Assembly (NCBI GenBank): GCA_963845065.1
Contig: CAWJQQ010000009.1
Coordinates: 288,001 to 352,000 of the forward strand
Direction of reading: 5' to 3'
DNA: 64,000 bases
Source: Nitrospirota bacterium
GTDB lineage: Bacteria > Nitrospirota > UBA9217
Part shown: positions 30,010 through 40,660 of the stretch, one piece after another
Layout of the letters: the number at the start of each line of letters is the position of its first letter
Position numbering within the stretch: the first letter of the stretch is position 1
Translations under genes and position numbers: made by a program
The notes under the pieces: generated by a model
Databases searched by the model: none
What the model saw: the letters and a program-made list of their open reading frames with translations, nothing else
Told to the model about the DNA's origin: nothing

Positions 30010-32529
30010 ATGGTTAAAAGACGAACTGGTCCCCTCCAAAAAAACATCAAGGTTTTGAAAAAGCATACAAAAAATTCAATAACTAAAAGTAAGCGGGTGT
30101 TTAAAAAAATGATAAAACAGGCTCAGACTTTCTGGGGAAAATATGTTTTCTCCTGGCTCGGCAAACTTACGCTCAGGAAAGTAGTATATATCCTCCTCGG
30201 CTCCTTTGCCGCTTCCATTATCTTTGTTGTTCTCTTGTTCGTCATCCTTTCCCGTAACCTGCCCACGGTGGAATCGCTCAAAGATTATAAACCGAGTCTT
30301 GGCACGACCATTCTTGCAGAAGACGGTAGGGTCCTCGGCCAGGTCAATATCGAGAAAGGCATTTACGTACCGCTCAAGCGGATTCCGATGTATATGGTCA
30401 ACGCTCTTCTTGCGACCGAAGACCCCCGCTTTTACCAGCATAGCGGCATCGACTACCGCGGAATCATGCGGGCTGCGCTCAAGGACATCATTTCGGTCCA
30501 GCTCAAGCAGGGCGGCAGCACCATTACACAGCAGCTCACGAAGGTTGTGTTCCTTTCGCCGGAGCGGAAGTTTACGCGTAAGATTAAAGAGATCATTCTG
30601 GCCCGCAGGATTGAAAAGGAATTGACCAAGCAGGAGATCCTCGAACTCTATTTGAATAGAATCTATTTCGGCCACGGCGCCTACGGCGTGCAGATGGCAG
30701 CTATGACCTATTTCGGCAAGAACATTTGGGAGATCAATCAGGCAGAGGCAGCGCTTCTGGCCGGGCTACCCAAGTCACCCATGGCGTATTCGCCGTACAG
30801 CGATATTGATTTGACAAAGATGAGACAGATGCAGGTCCTGCACCGCATGGTAGAAGAAGGATATCTGACCGAAGACCAGAGCACAATGATCTATAATCAG
30901 CCTATAAACCTCGAGAACCTGCGGTCGCAAGAGGACCTGGCCCCCCATGTGGTGGATTATATCCGCCAGTACATTGAAAAGAAGTACGGGCAGGAGACGC
31001 TGTACCAAGGCGGTCTGAAGGTCTATACGTCTATCGATTTGGACCTGCAGCGCGCCGCAGACGCCTCGCTTCGGGAAGGGCTTCGCTCACTTGATAAACG
31101 ACAGGGTTTCCGGGGCCGCGTCGGGTTCAAGCAACTCAAATCCACTCCGATTAAGTGGGGAATGCTCCATGTGTTGGTGAAACCCGGCGAGGGGTTTAAT
31201 GCCCAGGTGCTAGCCGTTGGTGACTACTATATTACCGTCAGGGGACGTGGACTCGTGGGCTACATTATGCCGGAAGACATGGCCTGGGCTCTTCTCAAAC
31301 CAAAGAAAAAAAAGGGTGATCCCGACGAGTTTAGAAAACCCGAGGAAATTGTCCAGCCCGGCGATATCATCAAGGTTCGCTTAAAGGATTATGACAAGAA
31401 AAAACAGCTCGCTTCATTTATCCTCGACCAGAAGCCGCTGGTCGAAGGTGCCGTCGTCTCTATTGAACCCTACACCGGTTACATACGCGCCATGGTTGGC
31501 GGCTATGATTTCGTGGAAGGCGGGTTCAACCACGCCACCGAGGCAAAGCGCCAGCCTGGTTCGTCTTTTAAGCCCTTCATCTACGGGGCGGCGCTCGAAA
31601 ACGGTTTTACTCCAGCGTCGATCGTGATGGACCAACCGGTGATCTACGAGAAGAGCGAGTTTGAGAAGAAGGAGTGGAAACCAACAAATTACGATGGCCG
31701 GTTTCTAGGTCCAATGCGCCTGCGTACGGCGCTTGCGCTTTCGAGAAACGCGGTGACTGTCGGATTGCTTGAAAAAGTCGGCTTGGAGAAGACCATTGAT
31801 TTTGCCCGCAATGCCGGCATCACGAGCCAGATAAACTATGATTACACCACGGCCCTGGGCTCATCAGCGGTGACACCGCTTGAACTCACATCCGCCTACG
31901 CGACATTTGCCTCGCGCGGAGTGCGCACGGAGCCGATCTTCATCAAGAAAATTGTCGACGGCAAAGGCACGGTGCTTGAAAGCTACGAACCACAACCGCA
32001 CGAGGCTATCGACCCGACGACGGCATATCTTGTTACGAGTTTGCTCAAAAGCGTGGTGCTCGAAGGTACAGGCAGAGGCGCGCTGGTTCTCGGCAAGCCG
32101 ATTGCCGGTAAGACGGGTACGACGAACAATTTTGTTGACGCCTGGTTCGTGGGATATACACCAAGCATCGTGACGGGCGTATGGGTCGGGTATGATAACG
32201 CACAAGCCTCGCTCGGCGACCGGGAAACCGGTGCGCGGGCAGCGCTGCCGATCTGGATATCGGTCATGGCGAAGGCGCTTGCGAACAAACCCGCAGAGGA
32301 CTTCACGCCGCCTGACGATATCGTGTCCGTCAAGATCGACCCTGAATCGGGACTCCTGGCGCGCGATGGGCAGGCTGATGCCATAACCGACGTGTTCCGC
32401 AAGGGCACGGAGCCTACGCAATACACAAGCGCGACGGTGCATACTGCTGATAAGTTCTATCTCTTCGACCAGGGGGACAGCCAGGATGCGACGAAGGAAA
32501 AAATACCTGAGGATGAGGTTCCTGACTAG
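30010..32529 (+). CDS. mrcA: Penicillin-binding protein 1A
   Basis: TM anchor, EDPRFYQH, GGSTITQQL, RKIKE, QPGSSFKP, SRN, KTGT; exact start uncertain. Confidence 0.95.
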   Translation: MVKRRTGPLQKNIKVLKKHTKNSITKSKRVFKKMIKQAQTFWGKYVFSWLGKLTLRKVVYILLGSFAASIIFVVLLFVILSRNLPTVESLKDYKPSLGTTILAEDGRVLGQVNIEKGIYVPLKRIPMYMVNALLATEDPRFYQHSGIDYRGIMRAALKDIISVQLKQGGSTITQQLTKVVFLSPERKFTRKIKEIILARRIEKELTKQEILELYLNRIYFGHGAYGVQMAAMTYFGKNIWEINQAEAALLAGLPKSPMAYSPYSDIDLTKMRQMQVLHRMVEEGYLTEDQSTMIYNQPINLENLRSQEDLAPHVVDYIRQYIEKKYGQETLYQGGLKVYTSIDLDLQRAADASLREGLRSLDKRQGFRGRVGFKQLKSTPIKWGMLHVLVKPGEGFNAQVLAVGDYYITVRGRGLVGYIMPEDMAWALLKPKKKKGDPDEFRKPEEIVQPGDIIKVRLKDYDKKKQLASFILDQKPLVEGAVVSIEPYTGYIRAMVGGYDFVEGGFNHATEAKRQPGSSFKPFIYGAALENGFTPASIVMDQPVIYEKSEFEKKEWKPTNYDGRFLGPMRLRTALALSRNAVTVGLLEKVGLEKTIDFARNAGITSQINYDYTTALGSSAVTPLELTSAYATFASRGVRTEPIFIKKIVDGKGTVLESYEPQPHEAIDPTTAYLVTSLLKSVVLEGTGRGALVLGKPIAGKTGTTNNFVDAWFVGYTPSIVTGVWVGYDNAQASLGDRETGARAALPIWISVMAKALANKPAEDFTPPDDIVSVKIDPESGLLARDGQADAITDVFRKGTEPTQYTSATVHTADKFYLFDQGDSQDATKEKIPEDEVPD

Positions 32530-35313
32530 ATGGATTATAAAACAACTTTGAATCTCCCGAAAACCGATTTTCCCATGAAGGCCAATTTGCGCGACCTTGA
32601 ACCTAAAGTCATTGAGAGCTGGCAGAAGGAGAAGATCTACGACCGGCTACAGAAAAAAACGGGAAGCAACGGTACCTATATCCTGCACGACGGACCCCCA
32701 TATGCAAACGGCCATATCCACATCGGTCATGCTCTGAACAAGATCCTGAAGGACATTATTGTTAAATTCAAGACCATGCAAGGGTTTAAAAGCCCTTACG
32801 TGCCGGGCTGGGACTGCCATGGACTTCCGATCGAACACCAGGTGCTCAAAAATCTCGGCCCCAAGAAAGAGGGGATGAGCCAGAACGAGATCCGAAAACT
32901 CTGCCGCGAGTATGCCGAGAAGTTTATCGATATCCAGCGCGGAGAGTTCCAGCGTCTTGGCGTGTTCGGAGACTGGGACAACCCTTACTTGACGATGAAC
33001 TTCGGCTACGAGGCCGCCATCGTGCGCGAACTCGGAAAGGTCGTTGGGAACGGCGGCGTCTATAAAGGAAAGAAGCCTGTGTACTGGTGCGGGTTCGACG
33101 AAACAGCACTCGCCGAAGCTGAGGTTGAGTATGCTGATCACGAATCACCCTCGGTTTACGTACGGTTCGAGTTGCCCGAAGCGGGGAAGGCACTTCCCTC
33201 GCTCTCCGGGAAAAAGGTTGCGATCGCAATCTGGACCACGACGCCGTGGACGCTTGTCGCAAACCTGGCTGTTGCGCTCCATCCCGATTTCGATTACGTT
33301 GCCTTAGAGGCGAACGGGCAGGTGCTTATCCTGGCCGAGGGGCTCTTGAAACAGGCAGCCGAGAAGTTCGACATTAAAAATTACACCATAATCGAAAAAT
33401 TCAAGGGTAAAAAACTCGAAGGACTCAAGGCGCGCCACCCCTTCCTTGACCGTGATTCTCTCGTGATCTTAGGTGAACATGTAACGCTGGAAGCCGGTAC
33501 GGGCGCTGTACATACCGCTCCTGGCCACGGTCAGGAGGACTACGAAGCCGGTCTCAAGTACGGTCTCGAAATTTTCGCTCCCGTCGATCACAAGGGACGG
33601 TTCACGAAGGAAGCGGGTGAATTCTCCGGACAGCAGGTATTCAAGGCAAACAAGGGGATCATCGAACTCTTGAGAAGCAGGAATGCGCTTCTGGCAGAAG
33701 AAAAAATATCCCATTCCTACCCCCACTGCTGGCGCTGCAAGCACCCGGTGATCTTCCGGGCCACGGAGCAGTGGTTTATTTCAATGAAGACGAATGATCT
33801 ATTGAAGAAGACCATCGAGAACATCCACAAAGTTACCTGGATTCCGGCATGGGGCAAGGACCGTATTCTCGGCATGATGGAAAACCGCCCTGACTGGTGT
33901 ATCTCTCGCCAGCGGGCGTGGGGCGTGCCAATCATTGCTTTTACTTGTAAACAGTGCGGTGAATTGCTCCTGGATAGGAATGTAGTTGACTATGTGGCGG
34001 ACATTGTTGAAAAAGAGGGCGCTGACGCATGGTTCGTGAGAACGCCGGCAGAACTGCTGCCGCCGGGTACGGTGTGTAAAAAGTGCGGCGGCGAAGACCT
34101 GGAAAAGGAGATGGACATCCTCGATGTGTGGTTCGATTCCGGCGCGAGCCATGCCGCGGTGCTTCGGACCCGTAAGGACCTATCCTGGCCGGCTGACATG
34201 TATCTCGAAGGTAGCGATCAGCATCGGGGCTGGTTTCAATCGTCGCTCCTGATTTCCGTTGCAACGACTGGCAGCGCGCCATACAATTCTGTACTGACCC
34301 ATGGTTTTACCGTTGACGGTACCGGCAAGAAAATGAGCAAATCCGCGGGCAACGTCATCGCACCGCAGGAAGTGATCGACAAGTACGGCGCGGAGGTGCT
34401 TCGACTCTGGGTTTCGGCAGCCGATTACCGTGACGATATCAGGATCTCATCGGAGATCCTCACGCACCTGGCGGAAGCGTATCGCAGGATCAGGAACACC
34501 TGCCGGTATCTACTCGGCAATCTTGCGGACTTTCATCCCGAAACGGACCGGGTCGCTGACAAGGACCTTCTCGAGATCGATCGATGGGCGCTCCACCGTT
34601 TGCAGAAGCTGATCGAGCGTGTACACATGGGATACGAGGATTTCGAATTCCATATCGTTTTCCACTCATTGCACAATTTCTGCGCGGTGGACATGAGTTC
34701 CTTCTATCTCGATATCCTTAAGGACCGGCTGTATACGGCGAAGGCGTCTTCCACAGAGCGGAGGTCCGGACAGACCGTCATGCATGCAATCCTTTCTTCC
34801 ATGGTGCGTCTCATGGCTCCTGTGCTTTCATTCACGGCCGATGAGGTCTGGCGTTACATGAAGGAGCGCGAAAAGACTGAGAGCGTCTTTCTGGCTCCCT
34901 TTCCCCAGGCAGACAAGAAGTACATTGCATCAGATCTCGAATCACAGTGGGAGAAGATCATCGCCATCCGGGGCGAAGCAGCGAAGGTTCTCGAAGCGCT
35001 TCGCAGGGACAAGAAGATCGGACATTCTCTGGATTCTAGCGTTATGCTCTATGCAGAGCCGCAGCTCTTTGAATTCCTCCAGGGCTACAGGAACGATCTG
35101 GCCTTCATCTTTATCGTTTCATCCGTGCAGGTCGCGCCAGAGTCCGATGCTCCGGATGACGCGTATACCAGCGAGGTTGTCAAAGGGCTCCGTATCGCGG
35201 CAGGCCCGGCCAAGGGTGTGAAATGTGGCCGCTGCTGGATGTACAGCGAGAGCGTCGGAACCATGAAGGAACATCCCGAAATCTGCAGCAGGTGTGCGGG
35301 AAATCTCGGATAA
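32530..35313 (+). CDS. ileS: Isoleucine--tRNA ligase
   Basis: HDGPPYANG.IHIGH, GWDCHGLP, WCISRQR, EGSDQHRGWF, KMSKS, C-terminal Zn finger. Confidence 0.98.
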   Translation: MDYKTTLNLPKTDFPMKANLRDLEPKVIESWQKEKIYDRLQKKTGSNGTYILHDGPPYANGHIHIGHALNKILKDIIVKFKTMQGFKSPYVPGWDCHGLPIEHQVLKNLGPKKEGMSQNEIRKLCREYAEKFIDIQRGEFQRLGVFGDWDNPYLTMNFGYEAAIVRELGKVVGNGGVYKGKKPVYWCGFDETALAEAEVEYADHESPSVYVRFELPEAGKALPSLSGKKVAIAIWTTTPWTLVANLAVALHPDFDYVALEANGQVLILAEGLLKQAAEKFDIKNYTIIEKFKGKKLEGLKARHPFLDRDSLVILGEHVTLEAGTGAVHTAPGHGQEDYEAGLKYGLEIFAPVDHKGRFTKEAGEFSGQQVFKANKGIIELLRSRNALLAEEKISHSYPHCWRCKHPVIFRATEQWFISMKTNDLLKKTIENIHKVTWIPAWGKDRILGMMENRPDWCISRQRAWGVPIIAFTCKQCGELLLDRNVVDYVADIVEKEGADAWFVRTPAELLPPGTVCKKCGGEDLEKEMDILDVWFDSGASHAAVLRTRKDLSWPADMYLEGSDQHRGWFQSSLLISVATTGSAPYNSVLTHGFTVDGTGKKMSKSAGNVIAPQEVIDKYGAEVLRLWVSAADYRDDIRISSEILTHLAEAYRRIRNTCRYLLGNLADFHPETDRVADKDLLEIDRWALHRLQKLIERVHMGYEDFEFHIVFHSLHNFCAVDMSSFYLDILKDRLYTAKASSTERRSGQTVMHAILSSMVRLMAPVLSFTADEVWRYMKEREKTESVFLAPFPQADKKYIASDLESQWEKIIAIRGEAAKVLEALRRDKKIGHSLDSSVMLYAEPQLFEFLQGYRNDLAFIFIVSSVQVAPESDAPDDAYTSEVVKGLRIAAGPAKGVKCGRCWMYSESVGTMKEHPEICSRCAGNLG

Positions 35314-35446
35314 AAAAGTGACCCCTGATTGCCGGGACACAGAGAAGCTATAACAATAGCTGTCTCTGAATAAGTCCAGACCAAAAACGTGAGTCGGGGT
35401 TTTTCTATGCCTCAGCCTGCCTGTTATTGCTTCAAGTTTTGGGAGA

Positions 35447-35929
35447 ATGATGAAAAACAAATACCTCTGGACCACCTTGACTATCGGCGCGGTTTTTATT
35501 CTTGACCAATGGACGAAATACCTCATCGAGACCCACGTTCGCCTCTACTCCACCATCACCGTGATACCAGGTTTTTTCAACATTACCTATGTACGGAACC
35601 GAGGTGCGGCCTTCGGCATCCTCTCCGACACACACGGAAACTGGCGGAGTGTTTTTTTCGTCACCGTAACGATAGTTGCAATTGCTGTTATCACCAGGCT
35701 TATCTGGAAGACCCATGAACGCCTGCTGTTGATAGCCTTCGCACTTATCGCCGGCGGTGCAATCGGAAATCTCATAGACAGGATACGTTATGGAGAAGTG
35801 GTTGACTTCATCCAGTGGTATGTGAAGTCCTATTACTGGCCCTCTTTCAACATCGCTGATTCTGCAATTACAGCCGGTGTGGGGCTCTTAATAATCGAAA
35901 TGCTGTTGAAGAAACCTCACGACGGATAA
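35447..35929 (+). CDS. lspA: Lipoprotein signal peptidase II
   Basis: DQWTK, NRGAAFG, GGAIGNLIDR, VVDFI, FNIADS. Confidence 0.96.
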   Translation: MMKNKYLWTTLTIGAVFILDQWTKYLIETHVRLYSTITVIPGFFNITYVRNRGAAFGILSDTHGNWRSVFFVTVTIVAIAVITRLIWKTHERLLLIAFALIAGGAIGNLIDRIRYGEVVDFIQWYVKSYYWPSFNIADSAITAGVGLLIIEMLLKKPHDG

Positions 35930-36028
35930 AATGACTAAACGGTAAATCGACGAGTGGTAGATCGGGAGCCGGTGTTTTTCATTTTTCGCTTCTCGGCTCC
36001 TACCATTCAGCGCCTCAGAAGGAATATC

Positions 36029-36838
36029 ATGCATCCTATACTTTTCGAAATACCGCGCATTGCATTCCTGAACTGGACCATCGGCCCCATCCCTATCAGA
36101 TTGTATGGCTTGATGATCGGCCTCGGCTTCACTATCGGCATCTTTCTTGCCGCGCGGCAGGCGCAAAAGGAAGGTATCAATCCGGACCGGGTTCTCGACC
36201 TCGGCGTGTACATGCTTCTTACGGCGATCGTGGGCGCCCGCCTGCTTTTCGTGCTTACCAATCTCGGCGAGTTTGCGGCCAGACCGCTTGATGCCTTTGC
36301 CCTTTGGAAGGGCGGCCTGGTATTTTACGGCGCTTTGATTACCGCCGTTCCGATCGGCATCTGGTATGTAAAAAAGCACAGGCTCCCAGTATGGAAGACC
36401 ACGGACATCATAGCTCCTTCCCTCGCTCTCGGTCAAGCTTTCGTCGGGCTCGGCTGTTTCTTTGCAGGCTGCTGCTATGGCGCGCCGTACAGCGGCCCGG
36501 CTTGCGTAACCTTCAACGACGTTCATTCGCTCGCGCCCCTGGGGGTCCCGCTCTTTTCCACCCAACTCATGGAGTCGGGGGGGGATTTTGTGATCTTCAC
36601 TCTGCTTGTCCTCTTACGCCGGCATAAAAAGTTCGACGGTCAACTATTCTGGTTCTACGCTCTGTCCTATGCGGTTCTTCGATTCGCCATAGAATTTTTC
36701 CGCGGAGATGCGGTCAGGGGTCTGTACTCCGGCAACGGGATCTCGACATCACAGATCATCGCCATCGGCGTGTTTATCCTGGCTGGCATGATGATCTGGC
36801 GGCTGAGTAAAAAGCCTGTTCAGCCTCGCATATACTGA
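36029..36838 (+). CDS. lgt: Prolipoprotein diacylglyceryl transferase
   Basis: MHPILF, YGLM, GARL, WKGGLVFYG, GCFFAGCCYG, RFAIEFFRGD; follows lspA. Confidence 0.92.
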   Translation: MHPILFEIPRIAFLNWTIGPIPIRLYGLMIGLGFTIGIFLAARQAQKEGINPDRVLDLGVYMLLTAIVGARLLFVLTNLGEFAARPLDAFALWKGGLVFYGALITAVPIGIWYVKKHRLPVWKTTDIIAPSLALGQAFVGLGCFFAGCCYGAPYSGPACVTFNDVHSLAPLGVPLFSTQLMESGGDFVIFTLLVLLRRHKKFDGQLFWFYALSYAVLRFAIEFFRGDAVRGLYSGNGISTSQIIAIGVFILAGMMIWRLSKKPVQPRIY

Positions 36839-36866
36839 ACCCTGTATCCTATCCTTCTCCTTTGCC

Positions 36867-37823
36867 ATGCCAACAATCACGCATATTGTCACGGAAAAAC
36901 ACATTAGCAAGCGGTTGGATGTGTTCATCAATCATTACGAGCCGCATATTTCACGCAACCGCATCCAGACCCTCATCAAAGGCGGTCAAGCCCTGGTAAA
37001 CGGCAACATCGAAAAGCCAGGCTATAAAGTGAAGCTTGATGAGCGCATTACTCTAGATTTGCCCGAACGAAAAGTCCGTGAAGTTCTTCCCGAGCCCATA
37101 CCACTTTATGTCATTTTCGAAGACCCTCATATCATCGTTCTGAACAAATCCGCTGGATTGGTAGTGCACCCTGCACCGGGCAATTACACCGGAACGCTGG
37201 TGAACGCACTACTCTACCATTTTGGCAGCCTGCCCTCTCAGGGTTCGCGTACGGAAGCAGATGAACGTGAACGAGCAGGCATCGTGCATCGCCTGGACAA
37301 AGACACTTCCGGCATTATGGTCATAGCACGGACACATGAAGCGCTTCGTTCATTGTCTGCGCAGTTCAAGAGCCGCGTCGTCAAAAAACGCTACCTCGCA
37401 CTCGTTCTCGGTGTGATCAAAAAAGGGTCAGGAACGATCGAGGCCGGGCTGGGACGGCATGTAAAGCAGCGGAAGAAGATCAGCGTGCATACGCATCATG
37501 CACGTGAGGCCGTCACGGCGTACATCGTCAAAGAACGCTTCAAGAACGTCACACTCGTGGAGGTCGAGATCAAGACAGGCCGCACGCACCAGATTCGCGT
37601 CCACATGGCCCACATCGGCCACCCGGTCCTCGGCGACCGGGTCTACGGCGGGACCAAAGTGATGAAACACGGCGCAGTCGATATCCCGAGACAGATGCTA
37701 CATGCGGAAACGTTGTCGCTCCTACATCCTGATACAGGAACCCCCCTATCGTTCACGGCTCCACCACCTGCAGACATGGCGGTTATCATTGAGAAACTGC
37801 GTGCAGAGAAGCAAGTTTCTTGA
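36867..37823 (+). CDS. rluD: RluA/RluD-family pseudouridine synthase
   Basis: S4 domain, NKSAGLVVHP, GIVHRLDKDTSG, TGRTHQIRVH, LHA. Confidence 0.93.
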   Translation: MPTITHIVTEKHISKRLDVFINHYEPHISRNRIQTLIKGGQALVNGNIEKPGYKVKLDERITLDLPERKVREVLPEPIPLYVIFEDPHIIVLNKSAGLVVHPAPGNYTGTLVNALLYHFGSLPSQGSRTEADERERAGIVHRLDKDTSGIMVIARTHEALRSLSAQFKSRVVKKRYLALVLGVIKKGSGTIEAGLGRHVKQRKKISVHTHHAREAVTAYIVKERFKNVTLVEVEIKTGRTHQIRVHMAHIGHPVLGDRVYGGTKVMKHGAVDIPRQMLHAETLSLLHPDTGTPLSFTAPPPADMAVIIEKLRAEKQVS

Positions 37824-38020
37824 TCCACATCCTCTTTCTACGTTGAGCGTAGGTCTGGCCAATACAACCTGGACCTATTCAAGACTTGGTGAAGTATCCA
37901 TGAAAATAGCTTTTGAATACAAAAGAAGTCAGATGAGTGAGCTTAAAATAAGGTATGCCACGGCAGGATTGTCGGTCATTGCGATAGGGAGATCGGGATT
38001 TTGATTAGATTAAAAGTCTC

Positions 38021-38539
38021 TTAGGCACTGGTGATCTGCTCTTGCCGATCGTTCTCCGCAAAATCGGCATACTGCAACACCAAGTCCGCAGCTGTTCTGA
38101 CCGCGGATCTGACTTCCGGAGTCATCGAACATCCGATAGTATCAAAACAATTTCCTTCGATAGCGACGAGCATAACTTTTTCCGGCATTTTCTCGCGATA
38201 TAGGACGCGGCCGATTTCGATCGACTCGCGAATACCGATGCCGTGGGCGGATACCGGAAGGCCGGGGGTCGAGGGGATCTCCTCCCATGGCAGCAGGTGA
38301 ATAGTACCGGGCCTGGCGCCAAACTGCACCGCATCTACGACAATAAGAGTTTCCTCACCCTGAAGTTCGTCAAGAAGATCGATGCCGGCCATCTCCATAA
38401 GCTTTATACGCATGCCTGAAGGCAGTTTTATTTTGGTCAGCAACTGGTATACTTCGCAACCTGCGGCATCATCTGCAACAAGGCTATTCCCAATGCAAAC
38501 CACGAGCACCCGAGGTAGCGCCATCATTGCCGCAATCAC
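38021..38539 (-). CDS. Hydrogenase maturation protease
   Basis: IGN.L..DD.AG, VVDAV, SAHG motifs; last gene of the hydrogenase operon. Confidence 0.9.
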   Translation of the reverse strand: MIAAMMALPRVLVVCIGNSLVADDAAGCEVYQLLTKIKLPSGMRIKLMEMAGIDLLDELQGEETLIVVDAVQFGARPGTIHLLPWEEIPSTPGLPVSAHGIGIRESIEIGRVLYREKMPEKVMLVAIEGNCFDTIGCSMTPEVRSAVRTAADLVLQYADFAENDRQEQITSA

Positions 38540-38997
38540 CTCACCTCAAGTTGGAATACGCACCGGTCCCCAACCGTGGGCTCCGCAGGTTTTATCTCGC
38601 GGCCTTTGCACAATTCACTGACGATGCCCGCGATATAATGGTGGAACATATTGCAGATGTCGCCGCCGGGCTGCGTGTTCCTTTTTATGCAGGCGTCGCG
38701 AACAGCGCAACGACCGACGGCCATTTCGACTCCGCGAACGTTAATTGAGTACCCCATTTCGAACCCTCCCTCTAGGGTGTGCATGACGGCCTTTACGGCA
38801 TCTTCAAGTTTTGGTTCAATGAGGTGTATCGGCAGTTTTTTCCCCATATGGTGTCCGGCGCTGAAGGCCAGGGACGGGCCCCGTTTACCGGCCACGACGC
38901 CTATGGCGTTAACGAGAATGTCGAGGAGGAAGCAGACTTCGGTAAATGCATTGTCATAATCCTGAGCGGAGAGCTGAAGCTCGGTCAATTCGGTCAT
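38536..38997 (-). CDS. V4R-like (hydrocarbon-binding-fold) protein
   Basis: C.VR..C.......G..C..FH.YIAG.....C.F pattern; translationally coupled to its neighbours. Confidence 0.65.
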   Translation of the reverse strand: MTELTELQLSAQDYDNAFTEVCFLLDILVNAIGVVAGKRGPSLAFSAGHHMGKKLPIHLIEPKLEDAVKAVMHTLEGGFEMGYSINVRGVEMAVGRCAVRDACIKRNTQPGGDICNMFHHYIAGIVSELCKGREIKPAEPTVGDRCVFQLEVR

Positions 38998-39248
38998 AAG
39001 AATCTCCTGATCCGTTTGCTGAAATTCAAGTCCCGGTAATAATTTTTAACAGCATGAACGTTGCCGAGCTTCAGCGCCCCTGAAGGACAAAGATAAGCAC
39101 AACTGAGGCACCCAATACAGCTGCTCGCATCTTTCACTGATGCCTTGAGATTCTTCTCATCAAACGCCAGCACGGATGTGGGACAGATGTCGACGCACAT
39201 GCGGCATCCCCTGCATCCATTTTGGGAGATATCGATCTGGATCGTCAT
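38994..39248 (-). CDS. 2x[4Fe-4S] ferredoxin
   Basis: CRGCRMCVDICP and CIGCLSCAYLCP. Confidence 0.93.
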   Translation of the reverse strand: MTIQIDISQNGCRGCRMCVDICPTSVLAFDEKNLKASVKDASSCIGCLSCAYLCPSGALKLGNVHAVKNYYRDLNFSKRIRRFL

Positions 39249-40660
39249 GCCGTCCTCCTTATCCTGCGCGTGACGGCGCCATCGCGCATAACTTCAACCG
39301 AGAGCGGCATGCGCCCCATCGCATGCGTGGCGCACGACAGGCAGGGGTCATAGCACCGCATGGAGAATTCAACGGCATTCAGGAGCATATCGTCGTTTGC
39401 GTTCTTGATAAATAATCCGGCCGTCTGACTGATGGACGTATTGATCGCTGCATAGTTCTGCTGAGTGGCCACCAGAAGATTGGCTGACCGAACGATGCCT
39501 TTGGCGTCTATTTCGTAATCATGGTAAAGTGTCCCTCGTGGCGCTTCGACATGTCCCACGCCCCTCCCTGACCGATACTTCACCGGGACCCGCTTTTCTC
39601 CCTTGATATCCGCGTCTGCCATCAGCGCCTTTGCCTTCTCCGCGCAGTAAATAAGCTCGATCAGCCGCGCAAATATATACTGCACAGTAGCATGACACGG
39701 CCTTCCGAATTTCCTGCGGAAGTTTTCCAGCTCTTCCTGGGCAACAGGCGTTTCCATGGCGTCCGCGCAGTTGATTCTGGCAAGGGTGCCTACGCGGTAG
39801 ATGTTCTCGCGCCCGCCGGACACTGCGTAGACAGGTTTCATATAGGACCACGAAAGCGCCTTTTCAACGATACGTTTGTCGTATTCAGGGGAAGAAAATT
39901 CCGCCTGTGTCACCCCCGCTTCATCGATGACCCTGACGGACCCGTCATAGAAATTAAGCTTGCCGTTCTTTACGGTGCCCATATACCAGGTAGAATCCGT
40001 AAGTGCGAGCGGGACGGCAGGTTGCGCGGCAACGAATTTTTCGAGCAGGCTCTTAACAACCGGCTTAAGCTCCATGACCAGACCATAAATTTCGTCGACC
40101 ATTTTCTGGAGGTTCTTCTGCACTTCTCCTCCCATTTCAAACGTCATGCCCCCGACTACGGCCGTTACCGGGTGGACGCCCCTTCCGCCAACTATCTCGT
40201 TGACCTTCTGACCGAGGCTTCGGAGCCGCAACGCTTTTCCCGACACATTCGGGTTGGCCTTTACAATGCCGACGATATTACGCTGCGCCGGGTCGCCGTT
40301 TATGCCGAAGAACAGATCAGGGCCCGTGAGGACAAAAAGACTCAGTGCATGGGAATGAATCAAATGCCCCATATAGAGCAGTTCACGCAGAAGTTTTGCC
40401 GCTGGCGGTGGATCGACGCCCAATGCATTTTCAATGGCTTTTACGGCGGCAAGGTGATGGGCCGTCGGGCACACGCCACAGATCCGCGCCGTCACAAGCG
40501 GCATCCTGTCTGCCTCCATCCCGACAAGGATCCGCTCAAAACCCCGAAGTTCATTCACGACCAGGGTTGCGTTCTTGAGCGCACCACTGTCATCGACATC
40601 GAGCTGGATCCTAGCATGGCCCTCTATTCTCGTAACCGGATCGATCGTGATCGTCTTCAT
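39245..40660 (-). CDS. [NiFe]-hydrogenase large subunit, group 3c-like (MvhA/VhuA type)
   Basis: PVTRIEGH, RGFE, L1 RICGVCPTAH, EAPRGTLYH, L2 YDPCLSCATH plus cleavable C-terminal tail. Confidence 0.93.
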   Translation of the reverse strand: MKTITIDPVTRIEGHARIQLDVDDSGALKNATLVVNELRGFERILVGMEADRMPLVTARICGVCPTAHHLAAVKAIENALGVDPPPAAKLLRELLYMGHLIHSHALSLFVLTGPDLFFGINGDPAQRNIVGIVKANPNVSGKALRLRSLGQKVNEIVGGRGVHPVTAVVGGMTFEMGGEVQKNLQKMVDEIYGLVMELKPVVKSLLEKFVAAQPAVPLALTDSTWYMGTVKNGKLNFYDGSVRVIDEAGVTQAEFSSPEYDKRIVEKALSWSYMKPVYAVSGGRENIYRVGTLARINCADAMETPVAQEELENFRRKFGRPCHATVQYIFARLIELIYCAEKAKALMADADIKGEKRVPVKYRSGRGVGHVEAPRGTLYHDYEIDAKGIVRSANLLVATQQNYAAINTSISQTAGLFIKNANDDMLLNAVEFSMRCYDPCLSCATHAMGRMPLSVEVMRDGAVTRRIRRTA

